Source: Chiloscyllium plagiosum (taxonomy: Eukaryota). Taken from it: 62,000 nt of DNA. The position numbers and the translations under genes are program-made. Positions 12,945-26,067 of the stretch are shown piece by piece. The first letter of the stretch is position 1. Each line of letters begins with the position of its first letter. The stretch lies in contig NC_057758.1 of NCBI RefSeq assembly GCF_004010195.1, positions 5,015,066-5,077,065 of the forward strand, in the 5' to 3' direction. The notes under the pieces were generated by a model. That model made no database searches, was not told the origin of the DNA, and saw nothing but the letters and a program-made list of their open reading frames with translations.

Positions 12945-14625
12945 GGGGCGTTGAGAGGGAAAGAAAGGGAGAGAGAGATATTGGTCAGGTTTGAGAGAGA
13001 ATCGGAGGAGAGAAGAGAGAGAGAGAGGGAGAGAGNNNNNNNNNNNNNNNNNNNNNNNNNNNNNNNNNNNNNNNNNNNNNNNNNNNNNNNNNNNNNNNNN
13101 NNNNNNNNNNNNNNNNNNNNNNNNNNNNNNNNNNNNNNNNNNNNNNNNNNNNNNNNNNNNNNNNNNNNNNNNNNNNNNNNNNNNNNNNNNNNNNNNNNNN
13201 NNNNNNNNNNNNNNNNNNNNNNNNNNNNNNNNNNNNNNNNNNNNNNNNNNNNNNNNNNNNNNNNNNNNNGAGGGTTACGAGAGCATTGGGTCGGGGTAGA
13301 GAGATAGAAAGGAGGAGAGGGTATCTAGGGTCAGAATGAAAGATTGGGAAGAGTGCCGACATAGAAGGAGGGGAGTCAGAGAGAAAGAGATGGTAGGGGA
13401 TACAGGAAAGAGAAAGGGACTTAGAGATGGAGTGCGACGGGTATCGAGAGAGAGAGTGCGAGGAGAGTAGGGTCTGAGCCAGAGAGAGAGAGAGGGAGGG
13501 TTAGGGATAGAGGGTGGGAGGGGGTAGAGAGCAAAACCAGAGGTGCAGCGTGAGAGAGAAGGAGTCTGTGAGACGAGTCGATATGGAGACAGAGACAACG
13601 TGAAAAGGGGGCAGAGAGAGATTAAGCACTAATACAGACGGGGAGAGTGTGTGAGAGCGTAGAGACAGAGTATGAGAGTTTCGAGAGAGGCGTGAATTGA
13701 GAGAGAGTGTGGCAGGCTTGTAGAAAGAGAGACACAGAGAGAGAAATTGTTAAAATGTGTATGGAGAGCTAGTGATTGTGCGAATATAGATTAAGAGGTG
13801 AGAGAGAGTGGAAAGGATGTCGAGAGAGAGAAAATAAGAGGGATGTAGAGAGACAGTTGGTGGGAGCCACAGAGAATTGGAGGATATCAAGAGTGGGGTT
13901 AGAGCGCGTGGGAGTAACGTAGGGAGAGTTGGATGGGTCGATAGAGAGAGTAGGGGTGCAGAGAGAGGGAGATTAGGAATGGGTTAGATAGCGAGAGAGG
14001 GAGAGGAGAGTCTGTGGGATGTAGAAAGGCAGGGAGGAGAGTACCGAGAGAGAGATTGGGAGGGGCAGAGTGGGAAGGGATAGAGACAGAGAATGGTAAG
14101 GTAGAGAGCGCATGGAATGGGACCGACATAAAGGGAGACGGGTAGAGGAAAAGAGAGACAAAAAGAAGGGAAAGTGGATTGTGGAAGGAGACAGAGAGTG
14201 GCAGAGCAGTGAAGATGGACAGAGTGGGAGGGGCTAAAGAAAGACGGGGCAGAGAGTGGGAAGTGTGCTGAGAGAGTGGGAGAGGTAGAGAGGGAGTGGG
14301 TCTGTAAACAGAGGGATGAAGTGGTTTAGAGACAGGCAGCGTGTGAAAATAGAGAGTGAGAGTGCGCGTGAGGACACAGAGAGAGGGGAGGAATATAGAG
14401 GGAGGCGTGTGGAGAGAGAGTGAGACAGAGTGAAGGGAAGAGAGAGAATGGGATGGAGATAGAAAGAGTGGCTGAGGTGCAGGGAGCGAGTAAGCTGTGA
14501 GGACACAAAGGGAAAGACAGTCGGACAGTGTAGAGTGGGAATCGGAGTTTAGAGAGAGAGAGAAAGTGTGAGGCAGGCAAAACAGAAACAGAAAGAGAGA
14601 GGGATGGGTGTACAGTCAGATTGAG
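12945..14625 (+). repeat. GA-rich (polypurine) low-complexity tract
   Basis: Almost entirely degenerate (GA)n on the + strand. Contains one N gap and ends at another. Confidence 0.9.
13036..13269. other. Assembly gap
   Basis: Run of N. Confidence 1.
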
Positions 14626-15125
14626 NNNNNNNNNNNNNNNNNNNNNNNNNNNNNNNNNNNNNNNNNNNNNNNNNNNNNNNNNNNNNNNNNNNNNNNNNNN
14701 NNNNNNNNNNNNNNNNNNNNNNNNNNNNNNNNNNNNNNNNNNNNNNNNNNNNNNNNNNNNNNNNNNNNNNNNNNNNNNNNNNNNNNNNNNNNNNNNNNNN
14801 NNNNNNNNNNNNNNNNNNNNNNNNNNNNNNNNNNNNNNNNNNNNNNNNNNNNNNNNNNNNNNNNNNNNNNNNNNNNNNNNNNNNNNNNNNNNNNNNNNNN
14901 NNNNNNNNNNNNNNNNNNNNNNNNNNNNNNNNNNNNNNNNNNNNNNNNNNNNNNNNNNNNNNNNNNNNNNNNNNNNNNNNNNNNNNNNNNNNNNNNNNNN
15001 NNNNNNNNNNNNNNNNNNNNNNNNNNNNNNNNNNNNNNNNNNNNNNNNNNNNNNNNNNNNNNNNNNNNNNNNNNNNNNNNNNNNNNNNNNNNNNNNNNNN
15101 NNNNNNNNNNNNNNNNNNNNNNNNN
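14626..15125. other. Assembly gap
   Basis: Run of 500 N. Confidence 1.
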
Positions 15126-16225
15126 CTTCCCTGGCCCCCAACGCCTTATCTTCACCATGGACATCCAGTCCCTGGACACCTCCATCCACCATCACGAAGG
15201 CCTCAAAGCCTTCCGCTTCCTCCTTTCCCGCCGAACCAACTAGTACCCTTCCACTGACATCCTCCTTCGACTGACTGAACTGGTCCTCACTCTTAACAAC
15301 TTCTCCTCCCAATCCTCCCACTTCCTCCAAACCAAAGCAGTAGCCATGGGCACCCGCATGGGCCCTAGATATGCCTGCCTTTTCGTTGGATATGTGGAAC
15401 AGTCCATCTTCCGCAGCTACACTGGCACCACACCCCACCTTTTCCTCCTACATTGATGACTGTATCGGCGCTACCTCGTGCTCCCACGAGGAGGTTGAAC
15501 AGTTCATCCACTTTACTAACACCTTCGACCCCGACCTCAAAATTACCTGGACCGTCTCAGACACCTCCCTCCCCTTCCTAGACCTCTCTGTCTCTATCTC
15601 GGACGACCGACTCAACACGGATGTATACGATAAACCGACTGACTCCCACAGCTACCTAGATTACACCTCTTCCCACCCTGCCACCCGTTGTGGACACCCG
15701 CACCAACCAACCCAACCGCCCTGTGGCTAAACACTTTAATTCCCCTCCCACTCCGCCAAGGACATGCAGATCCTTGGCCTCCTCCATTGCCAGACCATGG
15801 CAACACGACGCCTGGAGGAAGAGCGAATCATCTTCCGCCTAGGAACCCTCTAACCACAAGGGATGAATACAGATTTCTCCAGCTTCCTCATTTCCCCTCC
15901 CTCCACCTTTTCTCAGTCCCAACCCTCAGACTCAGCACCGCCTTCTTGACCTGCAATCTTCTTCGCGACCTCTCCGCCCCCAACCCCTCTCTGGCCGATC
16001 AACCTCACCTTAACCTCCTTCCACCTATCGCATTCCCAACGCCCCTCTCCCAAGTCCCTCCTCCCTACCTTTTATTTTAGCCTGCTTGGCACACCCTCCT
16101 CATTCCTGAAGATGGGTTTTTGCAAGAAACGTCGATTCTCCTTTGATGATGCTTGAGCTGCTGCGCTTTTGCAGCAACACATTTTTATTCTCAGATCCCC
16201 AGCATCTGCAGTCGTCACTTTATCC
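15126..16225 (+). mobile_element. Penelope-like element fragment (RT, internal deletion, GIY-YIG C-terminus, 3' end)
   Basis: FTMDIQSL.TSI, LVLTLNNF, AMGTRMGP.YACLFVG, YIDDCIG, LPFLDL, KPTDSHSYLDYTSSHP, then RLEEERIIFRLGTL. Ends in a CTGAAGA...GAAACGTC motif. Left end lies in an assembly gap. Confidence 0.9.
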
Positions 16226-17519
16226 AAGGAATCTCCAGCAATGTACTTATCGGACTCGTTAGCCAGATCCAACCACATTTCCCACAGGTCAGTCATTAAC
16301 ACCCTCTTCCCTTACACAACCATGATGGAATTCCCGTTGACGACTATCCCACGTATATCCTCATCCAGAGGATGATTCGTCGCCACTTCCGTTCCCTCTG
16401 GCAGAATACCACAATCAGAAACATTTTCCCTACCCTCGCTTGTGGGCAAGAACCATTCCTTCTGGAAAACCCTGGTCCATTCCTCCTTCAATCCCAAAAT
16501 GTTCTCAGAGGCACATCTTCCCGGAAGATGCAATGCCTGAACGATTGGTTAATGCCTCTCCTATGGTTATCTAAGATTGCAAATATACCAACACACCAAT
16601 CTATTTTCTGGCATAGATCTCTGTCTCAAACTTGATCTAGCGAAGTCCAAAGTAAGCTGGAAGACCAGCACCCCATTTTCCGCTTCGGAACGATGCAGCT
16701 TCTTGGACACAGTATCTAGATCAACAATTTTAGGGCGCAAGATATTTTGCACAACTCTTTACCAAAACCCACACACCAGACTGTATAAACACATGGTCTG
16801 CTACCACTCACGTCCGATTTCTAGCCATTAATAGGCCCCATAGCAGCTAATTATTTTCCCAGGCTGACTACTAAAGACTCCTTTATCTGTCCAAAGTCTT
16901 TTTTATTTCTCTCTTTTAGTATTTCCAACCGTTATTTAATCTCCCCTCCCACCACACGATATATTAATCTTTCCTGTTGTCATTCACACAAAAAAAGAAG
17001 GAAAAAGAAGCAGGTAATGTACAGATACAATAAAATAACAACACGTGACACTACCTAAGTTGATTTCATGATTGGGTATTTCAGAGCCGTAGGTGGGAGT
17101 TTCGTTGTTGCTTTGCTCTATAGTGACATTTCGAACATACTTCACATTTCACGAAGATAAAGACACTCGGATGTTTGACTTTGTTTTTCATTATCTGAGC
17201 TTCTGAAGATCAGTTAATGTGCTTAGACGAGTGATTGCAAGTAATCAAGGATGAACAATCAAATTCCATCTTGCAGAAAACACCATCCAACGCCAAAATA
17301 ATATTCTGACGACTCAGCGACAGACTGACTGACTCATCCACAAGGTTCCTGTTACCGTGTAACATTTGCCATCTGCAAATTTCGCGACTTACTGGGACTA
17401 ATTCCCAGGCACTGACAATATTAACAGTCAACTTCTGCAATATCTTTGAACATAATCCTTTACCGACGTGACGAAACATCAGCAGAAACCTTTGATCAGA
17501 AATAAAATAGCAATTCACC

Positions 17520-19900
17520 TCCAGGCTTGGCCTCACGAATAGTTACACCACAATTCAAATATTATGTTCAATTCTTCTCGAATCATTGTAGGTAAGATGT
17601 GGATTCTTTAGAGCGTGTCCAGAGGAGATTTACAGGGATGCTGGCTAGACTGGAGGGCATGTCTTATGACGAGAGGTTAAGAGAATTAGGGCTTTTTACG
17701 CAGGAGAGAAGAAGAAAGAGAGGAGCCTTGGTAGAGATGTGCAAGGTTCTGAGAGGTGCAGACAGAATAGACGTCCAGAGACTTTTACCAATGCCAGTCA
17801 TGGGTGTCACGAGGGGTCATAATATTAAGCTGTTGAAGGAAGACGTACATTAGATGTCAGAGTTTTATGTCAAGCAGAAAGTGGTAGGTATGTGGAAGGT
17901 CCTGCCAGTGGCTCCACTAGAGTCAGAGACATTAGGAACATTTAAGCGACTGGTGGACAAGCAAATTGTCGGGAGTAAATGGAGGGGTGTGCAATTTAGG
18001 TTTATTTTAGATAAAGATAAATGCTCGGCGCAACATTGTAGGCTGAAGAGCCCGTATTATTCGATGTGTAATGTTCTATGAAGTGGGTGTGAACTTACTG
18101 TGTTCGACTAATTGCTGAGATGGCGTAACTGCGTTCACTAGAGATTGGACAAATGGGTGGGAAAGGGGAATTACCTGATAGATATCTACAAAATGTAAAT
18201 CAGAATAAGAAAGGGAAACGCATGAAGGATGTTACTGATATTCGGGGATTCCAGATTGTCACAGTCTAAGGATGAAGTGGAGGACTGACATGAGGACAAA
18301 CGTCTTCACGCAGAGTGNNNNNNNNNNNNNNNNNNNNNNNNTCTGATCTTCGCACATTTGATTGCCAAAGGCAGATACGACTCAAGCTTTACAGAGTGAA
18401 GGAATGAACTTGATACATGACATTGGCGCTATACACATTCAATAATTTCTTCATGAACTTTGCAGACCAAGATCTTTATATCCTCGCTGGCTTCTGTAGA
18501 TATCACAGGGGATTGGTGATTAGCTAATGTTCTTTCTCTTTTCTTCAAGGTAAATAGGGTTTACCGGTAAGGCGTGCATGGTTGCTTGGGTAGCTATTGG
18601 ATGGATTACTTAGCGATATCTTTTACGTGTATTAGGCAAAGAATGGTTTAATTCGGACGAGTGAGCAGGGCTTTGTGCTGGATATGACATGCCTGATAAA
18701 AATGATTGCATTTTTTCCAGGAGATGTCGAAGGTGATCGATGTGAAGTAGTGGGAATTGTAAACGTCGATTTTAGTGAGGTTTTAGAGTATGTTCCTCAT
18801 TGTAGGCTCAACCAGAAGATTAAAAAAGCATTAGGTCGACGATAGTTTGTTCTCGAGTTGGCTTGCTCAGAGAAGAAAGAGGGCAGTGGTGGAACGGCCT
18901 TTTTCTCGATGGAGGCGATAGACAGGGGGCGCGCTGCAGATAACCCCTGCGATTTGTGAAGAATACAAATGATTTGAATGAAAATGCACTTGGTGGGGGT
19001 GAAATGGTATGTTGTGGACGTTACAAATATCAGCGGATTGTGCATAGATTGGAGGATTTTCAAAGCAAGAAGTGCAACATAAATTAATTGGACATATGGG
19101 AGGAGAAATGGCAAAATTATTCAATTTGGGTAAAGGTGTAGTGCTGCACTTTTGGCAATGAACGCTTAAGGAAAAGGATATAGTTATTGGCATGACGCTG
19201 GAAGTGTTGATGCACAGAGGGATCTTGGGGTTTGGGTTTATAGCTCCCTGAACATAGCCGCGATAGAGTTTAAAGTAATCACAGGGCATGCTTGCCATTT
19301 TTGATCATGAATTTTTGAAGAAAAGTCACGCTGTCATGTTACAGCTTTGTAGGAGTTACGTTAGGCCAGTCTTGAACTGTTGCATTCAATAGTATTGAAG
19401 GTTGCAGATGTTTTGCAAAGGGTGTAAGAGAGGCTTTTCAGGATACTTCCTGGATTAACGGATATGATATATAAGCGGATAATGAAAAAACTCGGATTTG
19501 TTTCTTTGGAGAGGCGGAGGCTTGAGGAGAATTGATGGAAGCCTTTAAAATAATGATTTACATAGATAGGGCACACGGTCTGAATTTTATTATCAGAGTT
19601 CAATTTCTTTGCACATGCATTTACGGTGAGAGCGAGCAAGTTCAAATGAGCTGAGAAGCGCATGTATTTGAGATAGTCAGTGCTGGACTTCTGGATAGTT
19701 CTTCCAGTGGTAGTGATGGAGTCTGATAACGTAGGGAGTTTAAGGGTCTCTTAGACAAAAACATGAAGATTCCATGATAGAAAGATATGTACTAAAGACA
19801 GAAAAGAGGATTGGATTAATTCAATTTGGCGTCATGTTAGGCCCGACATGGTATTTTAAAGACTGTGCTGTAATATGTTATATTCTATGCTCGATGTTCT
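17520..19900 (+). mobile_element. Several degraded CR1 ORF2/3'UTR fragments
   Basis: LERVQRRFTGMLARLEGMSYDERLRELGLF (17599-17853) with a ttctatg-type tail near 18075, and a second degraded RT from about 18440 to 19900. Confidence 0.7.
18318..18341. other. Assembly gap
   Basis: Short run of N. Confidence 1.
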
Positions 19901-20054
19901 GTGCTTCCAAAACTGTTTCCACTTCCAATATCCGGATACAGAAGTTCAACAAAGGAAAAGGGACAGCAGCATGGTGTGTGGGGAGTGAACAATTGAAAGT
20001 AGGCTCATAACCTAAATGTAGCTTTACAGTCAATGATGGAATAGAGTGACTTCC

Positions 20055-20350
20055 AAGAAACTCCAACGAAACCAATAATAATATAGCAATAAAAATCAAT
20101 AATCTAAAGCAGTTATTGTACTTTAAATCGTAAGGAGAGGTGATCATACAATGAAAAGATATCAGGATAGACTCTTGAAAGGACTTGGAGACATCAAGTC
20201 CATGGGTTACAGATTCTGTTCGTTGAAGGAATGCTCCAATCCGTTGTTCCCAGATTCACATCTCTTGGAGGATCTTTCCAATCGTTTCTTGTCAGATTGT
20301 GTACACTTATTTGAAGTTCCAGACTCTTGCTCCCAGATTCTAATCTCTGT
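20055..20350 (-). pseudogene. Degenerate first exon of GPR139-like gene, copy C
   Basis: One frame reads ...VHNLTRNDWKDPPRDVNLGTTDWSIPS...SLYDHLSLRFKVQ*LL*IIDFYCYIIIGFVGVS. The junction GTTGGAGTTTCTT|GGAAGTCACTCTATTCCATCATTGACTGTA aligns to copy A GTTGGTGTTCCTG|GTGAGTCTCTCTATCCGACCATTAACTCTA. Three stops (20194, 20113, 20104), and the donor GT is mutated to GG. Confidence 0.72.
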
Positions 20351-21020
20351 CTATCTCTTTCTCGCTCCATCTCTGTCTTTCCAGAATGAGGGATCCATCT
20401 AACCGCGGAGAATATCTTCCCACCGACACTATGGAACATCCATTGAAAGAAATGGCTTTTTAAACACAAGATGGAAATCTTCCAGCGACAACGTTTGGAT
20501 CCACAGCAACTTATGATAATTGCAAGCTTGAAACAAACTGTTTCACATAACCTCGTTCGCTGCAAAAACATGTGTAACAGAACAAATACCGAGATGGAAA
20601 TATAGATCACCACTGACTGTTCAAGTAAACGACGGTGACTGTTGTCATCTGTTAATACTCCCTGTGTGTTACGGAGCTGTTTCATATTCCAGTTGTTCCC
20701 ATACTACCACACCGTTATAAACTGTAAATAGGTGTAAACACTAGAACTCAAGACCAGTCGGTAGGATTCCTGTAGGAAAATTTGTTAGATCTGAAAATAA
20801 GGTTCACAGCCTAAGATTACAGGTTACGGTGCTTAGACAGAGATGAGACGATATATTTTCACACAGAGAGTAGGGTACTTGTAGAACTACCCACCACAGA
20901 AAGTAGTTCATGCCAGAACATTGAATATTTTCAGGAAATAGATATGGAAGGTTCTTAAAGTGAAAGTAATTTATGGCAAAAAAGAGGTGGGGACAGGGTA
21001 CTGACGAGGTTGCTCATTTC

Positions 21021-21315
21021 TTAGATTGCTTAGATTAGATTACAGTGTGGAAACAGGCCCTTCGGCCCAACAAATCCGCACCGACCCGCCGAAGCGAAAC
21101 CCACCCATACCCCTACATTTACCCCTTACCTAACACTACGGGCAATTTAGTATGCCAATTCACCTGACCCTGCACATCTTTGAACTGTGGGAGGAAAGCC
21201 ACGCAGACACGGGGAGAACGTGCAAACTCCACACAGTCAGTCGCCTGAGGCGGGAATTGAACCCGGGTCTCTGGCGCTGTGAGGCAGCAGTGCTAACCAC
21301 TGTGCCACCGTGCCG
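21021..21315 (-). mobile_element. Essentially full-length tRNA-derived V-SINE (HE1-like)
   Basis: 5' GGCACGGTGGCACAGTGGTTAGCAC (A box), GGTTCAATTCC (B box), V-domain TGTGTGGAGTTTGCACGTTCTCCCCGTGTCTGCGTGG, and (TAATC)n tail. Confidence 0.9.
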
Positions 21316-21774
21316 TCTTGCAGGTCACGAAGAACATGACATAGATTCCCAGCTCCTTGGAAATACTGAACAACGATGGGTACCCTGTCGGTTGCAGCAC
21401 GTCCAAATCAAGATAATCAGAGAATGAGATATGGTGGACATTGAGAGCCTTTGTCGTCGGATGGTGATGGCTAGCACGGGCTTTAAATTGAGAGGTGATA
21501 GGCAGAGGACAAATATCTGATATCTCTTTTTTACTCACAGAGTAGTTGGGACATGGAACGCACTGCCTGCAACTGTACTATACTCGTCAATTTTATGCGT
21601 ATTTAGATATTAATTGTATGAGCACACAGATGAAAATGGAATAGTGTCATAAAGATAGGGTTCAGGTTCGTTTCACACGTGAAGGCAACATCGAGGGACA
21701 AAAGGCCTGTACTGCGCTGGAATGTTCTTAGTTCTATGTTCTACAACATACTGTGAAAAATCCCAATGCTGCTG

Positions 21775-23930
21775 TTCTTGCAACGGCTTGTCAACCTAGA
21801 TCAATCTACGTCAAGTCCGTCCTTCCAGCAAGAGCTTCCAAACAATCATTCACTCTGTTCCCCTTGCAACAGCTGTGAACCCATCCTGTCTCTGTTATTG
21901 TAGAGAAAATGCCTGTGACCCTATCGCCATCTATTTCCCTAGCAACAGCCTGTAGCCCATCCCTACTCTACTATTTGAGAAATGACCTGCGAACACATTC
22001 CCACTCTGTCCCTGGAGCAAAGGCCTGAAGACTCATCATACTCTGTTTTCCTTGCAACAGAATGTGAAACCCCATCCTGTGAATATTCTCCGAGCAATGG
22101 CATTTGAACACATTTTCACACTGTTCTCCTCGAAGCATCCTGTGACCCTATACCAACTCTGTCTCCCTCGCAACGGTCTCAGAAACTATTCCCACTCTGT
22201 TCCCCTAGCATCGACCGGCAATCACATCTTCATTCTGTTCCTCAAGCAACGAATTGCGGACAACCATGTAAAGTCTGTTCTGCCAGCAAGGGCTTGTGAA
22301 CAAACTCCCACTGTCCTCCCATCAAGATACTGTGAACCAATTCCTCCCTGTGACAACATCGTCACTCTGCTTCCTTTGGAACAGCCTGTCAGCCCATCGG
22401 CACAGTATTCCCTGAATAATGGGTTAAAAACAATGACTGCAGATGCTGGAAACTAGATTATGGATTAGTGGTGCTAGAAGAGCACAGCAGTTCAGGCAGC
22501 ATCCGAGGAGCAGTAAAATCGACGTTTCGGGCAAAAGCTCTTCATCAGGAATACAGGTAGAGAGCCTGAAGGGTGGAGAGATAAGTGAGAGGAGGGTGGG
22601 GGTGGGGAGAAAGTAGCATCGAGACTCCCCTAATAATAGCCAGTGAAACCATTCGAAAGCTCTTCTCAATGCAACAGACTGTGCACTTACTCAGAAATGT
22701 TCTCCCAGCAAAGGCCTGTGAACCCATCGTAACCTTTTTCACCCACGAGCGACTTGTGAACTCACCCTCACTCTGATCCTCTCTAAACATCCTGTGAAAG
22801 CAGACCAACTCTGCTCTCCTACAGACTGTGAACCTATCATAAATCTTTCTCCGAGAAACAGCCTGTGAACCCATCCCCACCCTGTTCCCTAAGCAAAAGT
22901 CTGTAAGTCCATTTCCACTCTGTTTCCTTGGAAACGGCTTGGACACGCATTGCTGTTCTGTTTCCCCAGCAAGTTCCTGTGGATACATGCAACCGTTGGT
23001 CATCTCCAACGGCCTGCGAACGCATCCCCAAATTGTTCCACTAAGAATACCCTGTGAAACCGTGTCCACCCAGTTCTCCAAGCAACTGTCTGTGAACCCA
23101 TCCGCAACCTGTTTTTCGAGCAGCGGCCTGTGAATCAATTCTCATTATGTTCGCTGAGCAATGGCTTGTGACAATATCCCCATTCTGTTTACTGAGCAAC
23201 TGCATGTGACCCCTTCCACACTCTGTTGTCGTCGCAACTGGCTGTGACCCCAACCTACATCTGTTCCTCTCAGAAAAGCCTCTGAACACATCCTCACTAG
23301 ATTCTCATAACAATGACCCGTTAAGTATCACAGCTCTTTTCTCCTGGGAACAGTGTCTCGCGAGATACCCACTCTGTTCCATTAGTAACGGCCTGTCATC
23401 TAGTCACCAATCTGTCCCCAGCAAAGGACTGAGTACCCCTCAACGTGTGTTACCATAGCAAAGCCCTGAACACTTCGCTATTGTGTTCTCGTAGCAACCG
23501 TATCTGATGCATCCTCCTTTTGTTCGCTTTTCAATTGCCTGTGAACCGATCCCCACTCTGTTCCTCTAGAAACAGCTTGTAACTAAGTCTCCACTCTGTT
23601 TCCGTAGGAGTGGCCTGTGGATCCATCTCAACACCTGGAAACGGCCTGTGACCGCTATACCACTGTGTTTCCCTGGCAACAACATGTGAACACATTTCCA
23701 AGCTATTATTTTATTAACGGCCTATGAAACAATTCCAACTCTGTTCTCCCAGAAGCATCCTGATAACCTATCTTAAATCTGTTCTCCGAGCAACGGCTTC
23801 TGAACACATCCCAACTCCATTCTTCTACCTTGGCCTCTAAACCAATCCTCATGATGTTCCCCACGCTCTTCTCCTTGCAACGGACTGTGAACCCCACCCC
23901 TCTGTTCACCCAGCAATTGACTGCACCCAT
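21775..23930 (+). repeat. Degenerate minisatellite, about 38-bp unit (consensus about GCAACGGCCTGTGAACCCATCCCCACTCTGTTCCCCGA), roughly 50 copies
   Basis: Recurrent cctgtgaacccatc...actctgttc at 37-38 bp spacing, interrupted at 22424-22620. Confidence 0.88.
22424..22620 (-). mobile_element. Penelope 3'-end fragment with a hammerhead-like core, inserted in the 38-bp array
   Basis: Minus strand reads CCTGATGAAGAGCTTTTGCCCGAAACGTCGATT at about 22517-22549. Same family as 30562-30750. Confidence 0.8.
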
Positions 23931-24369
23931 AATCACGGAACACAAGCCAAACGTACGTTAAGTCAGGATGAGGGTGATTGGGTGGTAGAGAGAAAGGGAA
24001 AGAAGGAGAGAGAGTGAAGTAGACTTGGGAAGGTTGTGCAACACCAGAAGCAAGAGCAAGGGCAGTGTGAGTTAAACCCCACTCCTCAGCTCCGGCCAAT
24101 AGTACTCGCTTCCCTGAGTATCAGGACGTGGGGCAGAGTATCTCTCTCTCCAGTTCAGCTTTTACAACACAATGGAAAATAAGAATATATTTCATGCTGC
24201 TATTTTGCCCCTTTTAATAAAGATTTTTATTATTTGCAAATTGAAGTGATGGATACAGTCAATGGGATGGTGCATTTTCTCATTGGTCCCTGAGTTGAGA
24301 GAAAGATTGAAATTGGTCCTTGTAACCCCCTGTGGGATAAGGTTGGACAATCCAGCACTACCCGCAGTC

Positions 24370-25196
24370 TGTTACGAAAGCGACAGGCTGCTTCATTTCT
24401 GATACATTGATTAGAGAAGAGAAAATCTCGGAAGAATTAATGAGAGAAACATATTTTTAGATGAATTTTGGAATAGTTTTCAACACGGGATGAATCTCTC
24501 TGCTAATTTAAACCTGTAACAGAGAAAGATTTACCCCGTGCGGTAATCTGTAATAATTTAGAAGATAATAACTATTTTAAGTCACAAGTTAAAGTAAAAA
24601 TTAACTATTTCTTAATGTCTAAGAGACAGTAAGTAATTACCAAATATTCACAACTCCTTCCTCTCACCCATCTTTTACTTTCACTTCCATAATACTAAAC
24701 CGCTAAAACGCCAGAGTACCATGGACATCAAATACTGATTTCACGACCAGGGAGCTGTCGAACCATTTGTATCCTCCTGTATAGAGTTTCATCTTCTTAG
24801 GGATTATTGTGTCAAGGATATACATTCTTGTGGCTGTTAAAGGCATCTTTAAAAAAGCTGTGTGTCTGGTAGTCTGTACATGTTAACGGCTTGTCAATTC
24901 TCCCTAATCTATTTACGTTTTCCCAGTATTATATCGCTAAAGCATCGGACTAAGTCACTGTTTTTTTTTTAATATTTTCAATGTGCTAAGTTAAAATTTG
25001 ATTGTAGTATGGTATTTAGGGATACAGTTTAAACTGATTGCCCTAAGTCCATTGTTTGCTCTCTGCAGTCAACCAGCTACACTAGCGGCTGGAACAAAAT
25101 GTTACATTGCATCTTGTTCAGAACACTTCGTGTTGTCAGGCAGTTCTGCTATTTTGTAACTCTCTTAAAGGTACAGTACACCCAACTTTCACAACA
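24370..25196 (-). mobile_element. Putative solo LTR (about 830 bp) abutting the GPCR exon-2 3' end
   Basis: TG...CA ends with imperfect 11-bp terminal inverted repeats (TGTTGTGAAAG...CTTTCGTAACA, 9/11 match) and an AT-rich interior. No TSD seen. Confidence 0.5.
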
Positions 25197-26067
25197 AACG
25201 GCACATTTCAGCACATTCTTCAACTGCTGTCTGAACTTTGTCTGGATCATGGCATAAATCGCGGTGTTTGTGCAGCAACTGAGAAGCTTCTGCATAAAGG
25301 CCAATTCCAGAATAAAGTCATTGAGATGCACAGATTGATATCCAATGTCATACATCCGATACCATATGGAATACACCATTAACGTTGGCCATAACAGTAT
25401 GAACTTGGCCGCAATGACAAACAGTAAAATAATGGATTTTTTCCGATTTTGCATTTCTGTGTCAGACTGAGCGTTTCCATTGGTGTGAGCCCGGAGTCTC
25501 CTGCGGACTCTGCTGGTCATTAATATATGTTTAATGGTGAAAACATTGAGCAGCAGAATCAGGAGAAATGGGAGAGCCGGAGTTAGAACGTGATGAAGGA
25601 ACTCCATTGTGGCCCAGACAGGAGAGTACTTGACAGTGAGTGTTACAGCACAAAACCAGGGGGAGTTCCATAGCCAATACCGAGACGTGTACATAAAATA
25701 CCAGAAAATGTTCTTTAAGCAGCTCAGCACATTGACTGTTCCCAGAACTATAGCCGCCGTTTTCTCACTGCAATATTTGTTTTTCAGCTTCTGGCAACAA
25801 AGGGCCACGAATCGATCAAAGGTCATAGCAACGGTGTACCAGACAGAACAGTCAGTGGTTGCATAAAGCAGGACTGCTTGGATATACACACGGGGATGGA
25901 CCTCACGAAATGAAACTGTTTCGGATAAACAATGGGTATGTGTCTCAATATCAGGTCGAGGATAATGACCAATAGGTCTGCCACTGCCATGGCCCCAAGG
26001 TAACGTCTGATACACGGAGACAATCCACAATCTTTATAAATCAAGACATAGATCGTCATTACATTTA
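25149..26067 (-). pseudogene. Second exon (TM1 end to TM7 and tail) of a GPR139/GPR142-like GPCR, with a 1-nt frameshift
   Basis: Acceptor TTTGTCTTTTTTCACAG|TAAAT. The first frame reads NVMTIYVLIYKDCGLSPCIRRYLGAMAVADLLVIILDLILRHIP...PVC, switches frame near 25885, then continues IQAVLLYATTDCSVWYTVAMTFDRFVALCC...LLSCCTNTAIY. DRF replaces DRY and NTAIY replaces NPxxY. The coding sequence is split over ORFs 25823..26089 and 25149..26030. Confidence 0.9.

Noticed and set aside
12819..15438. Long ORFs (up to 370 aa)
   Set aside because: They run through N gaps and the GA-rich tract.
20194..20685. 163-aa minus-strand ORF as a standalone gene
   Set aside because: Its 3' part is the decayed first exon C, and its 5' part is read-through of the upstream region.
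21240..21315. tRNA gene
   Set aside because: The A/B boxes belong to the tRNA-derived head of the SINE.
25149..26067. Assigning the symbol GPR139
   Set aside because: Family-level similarity only. Multiple divergent paralogs make orthology unsupported without a phylogeny.
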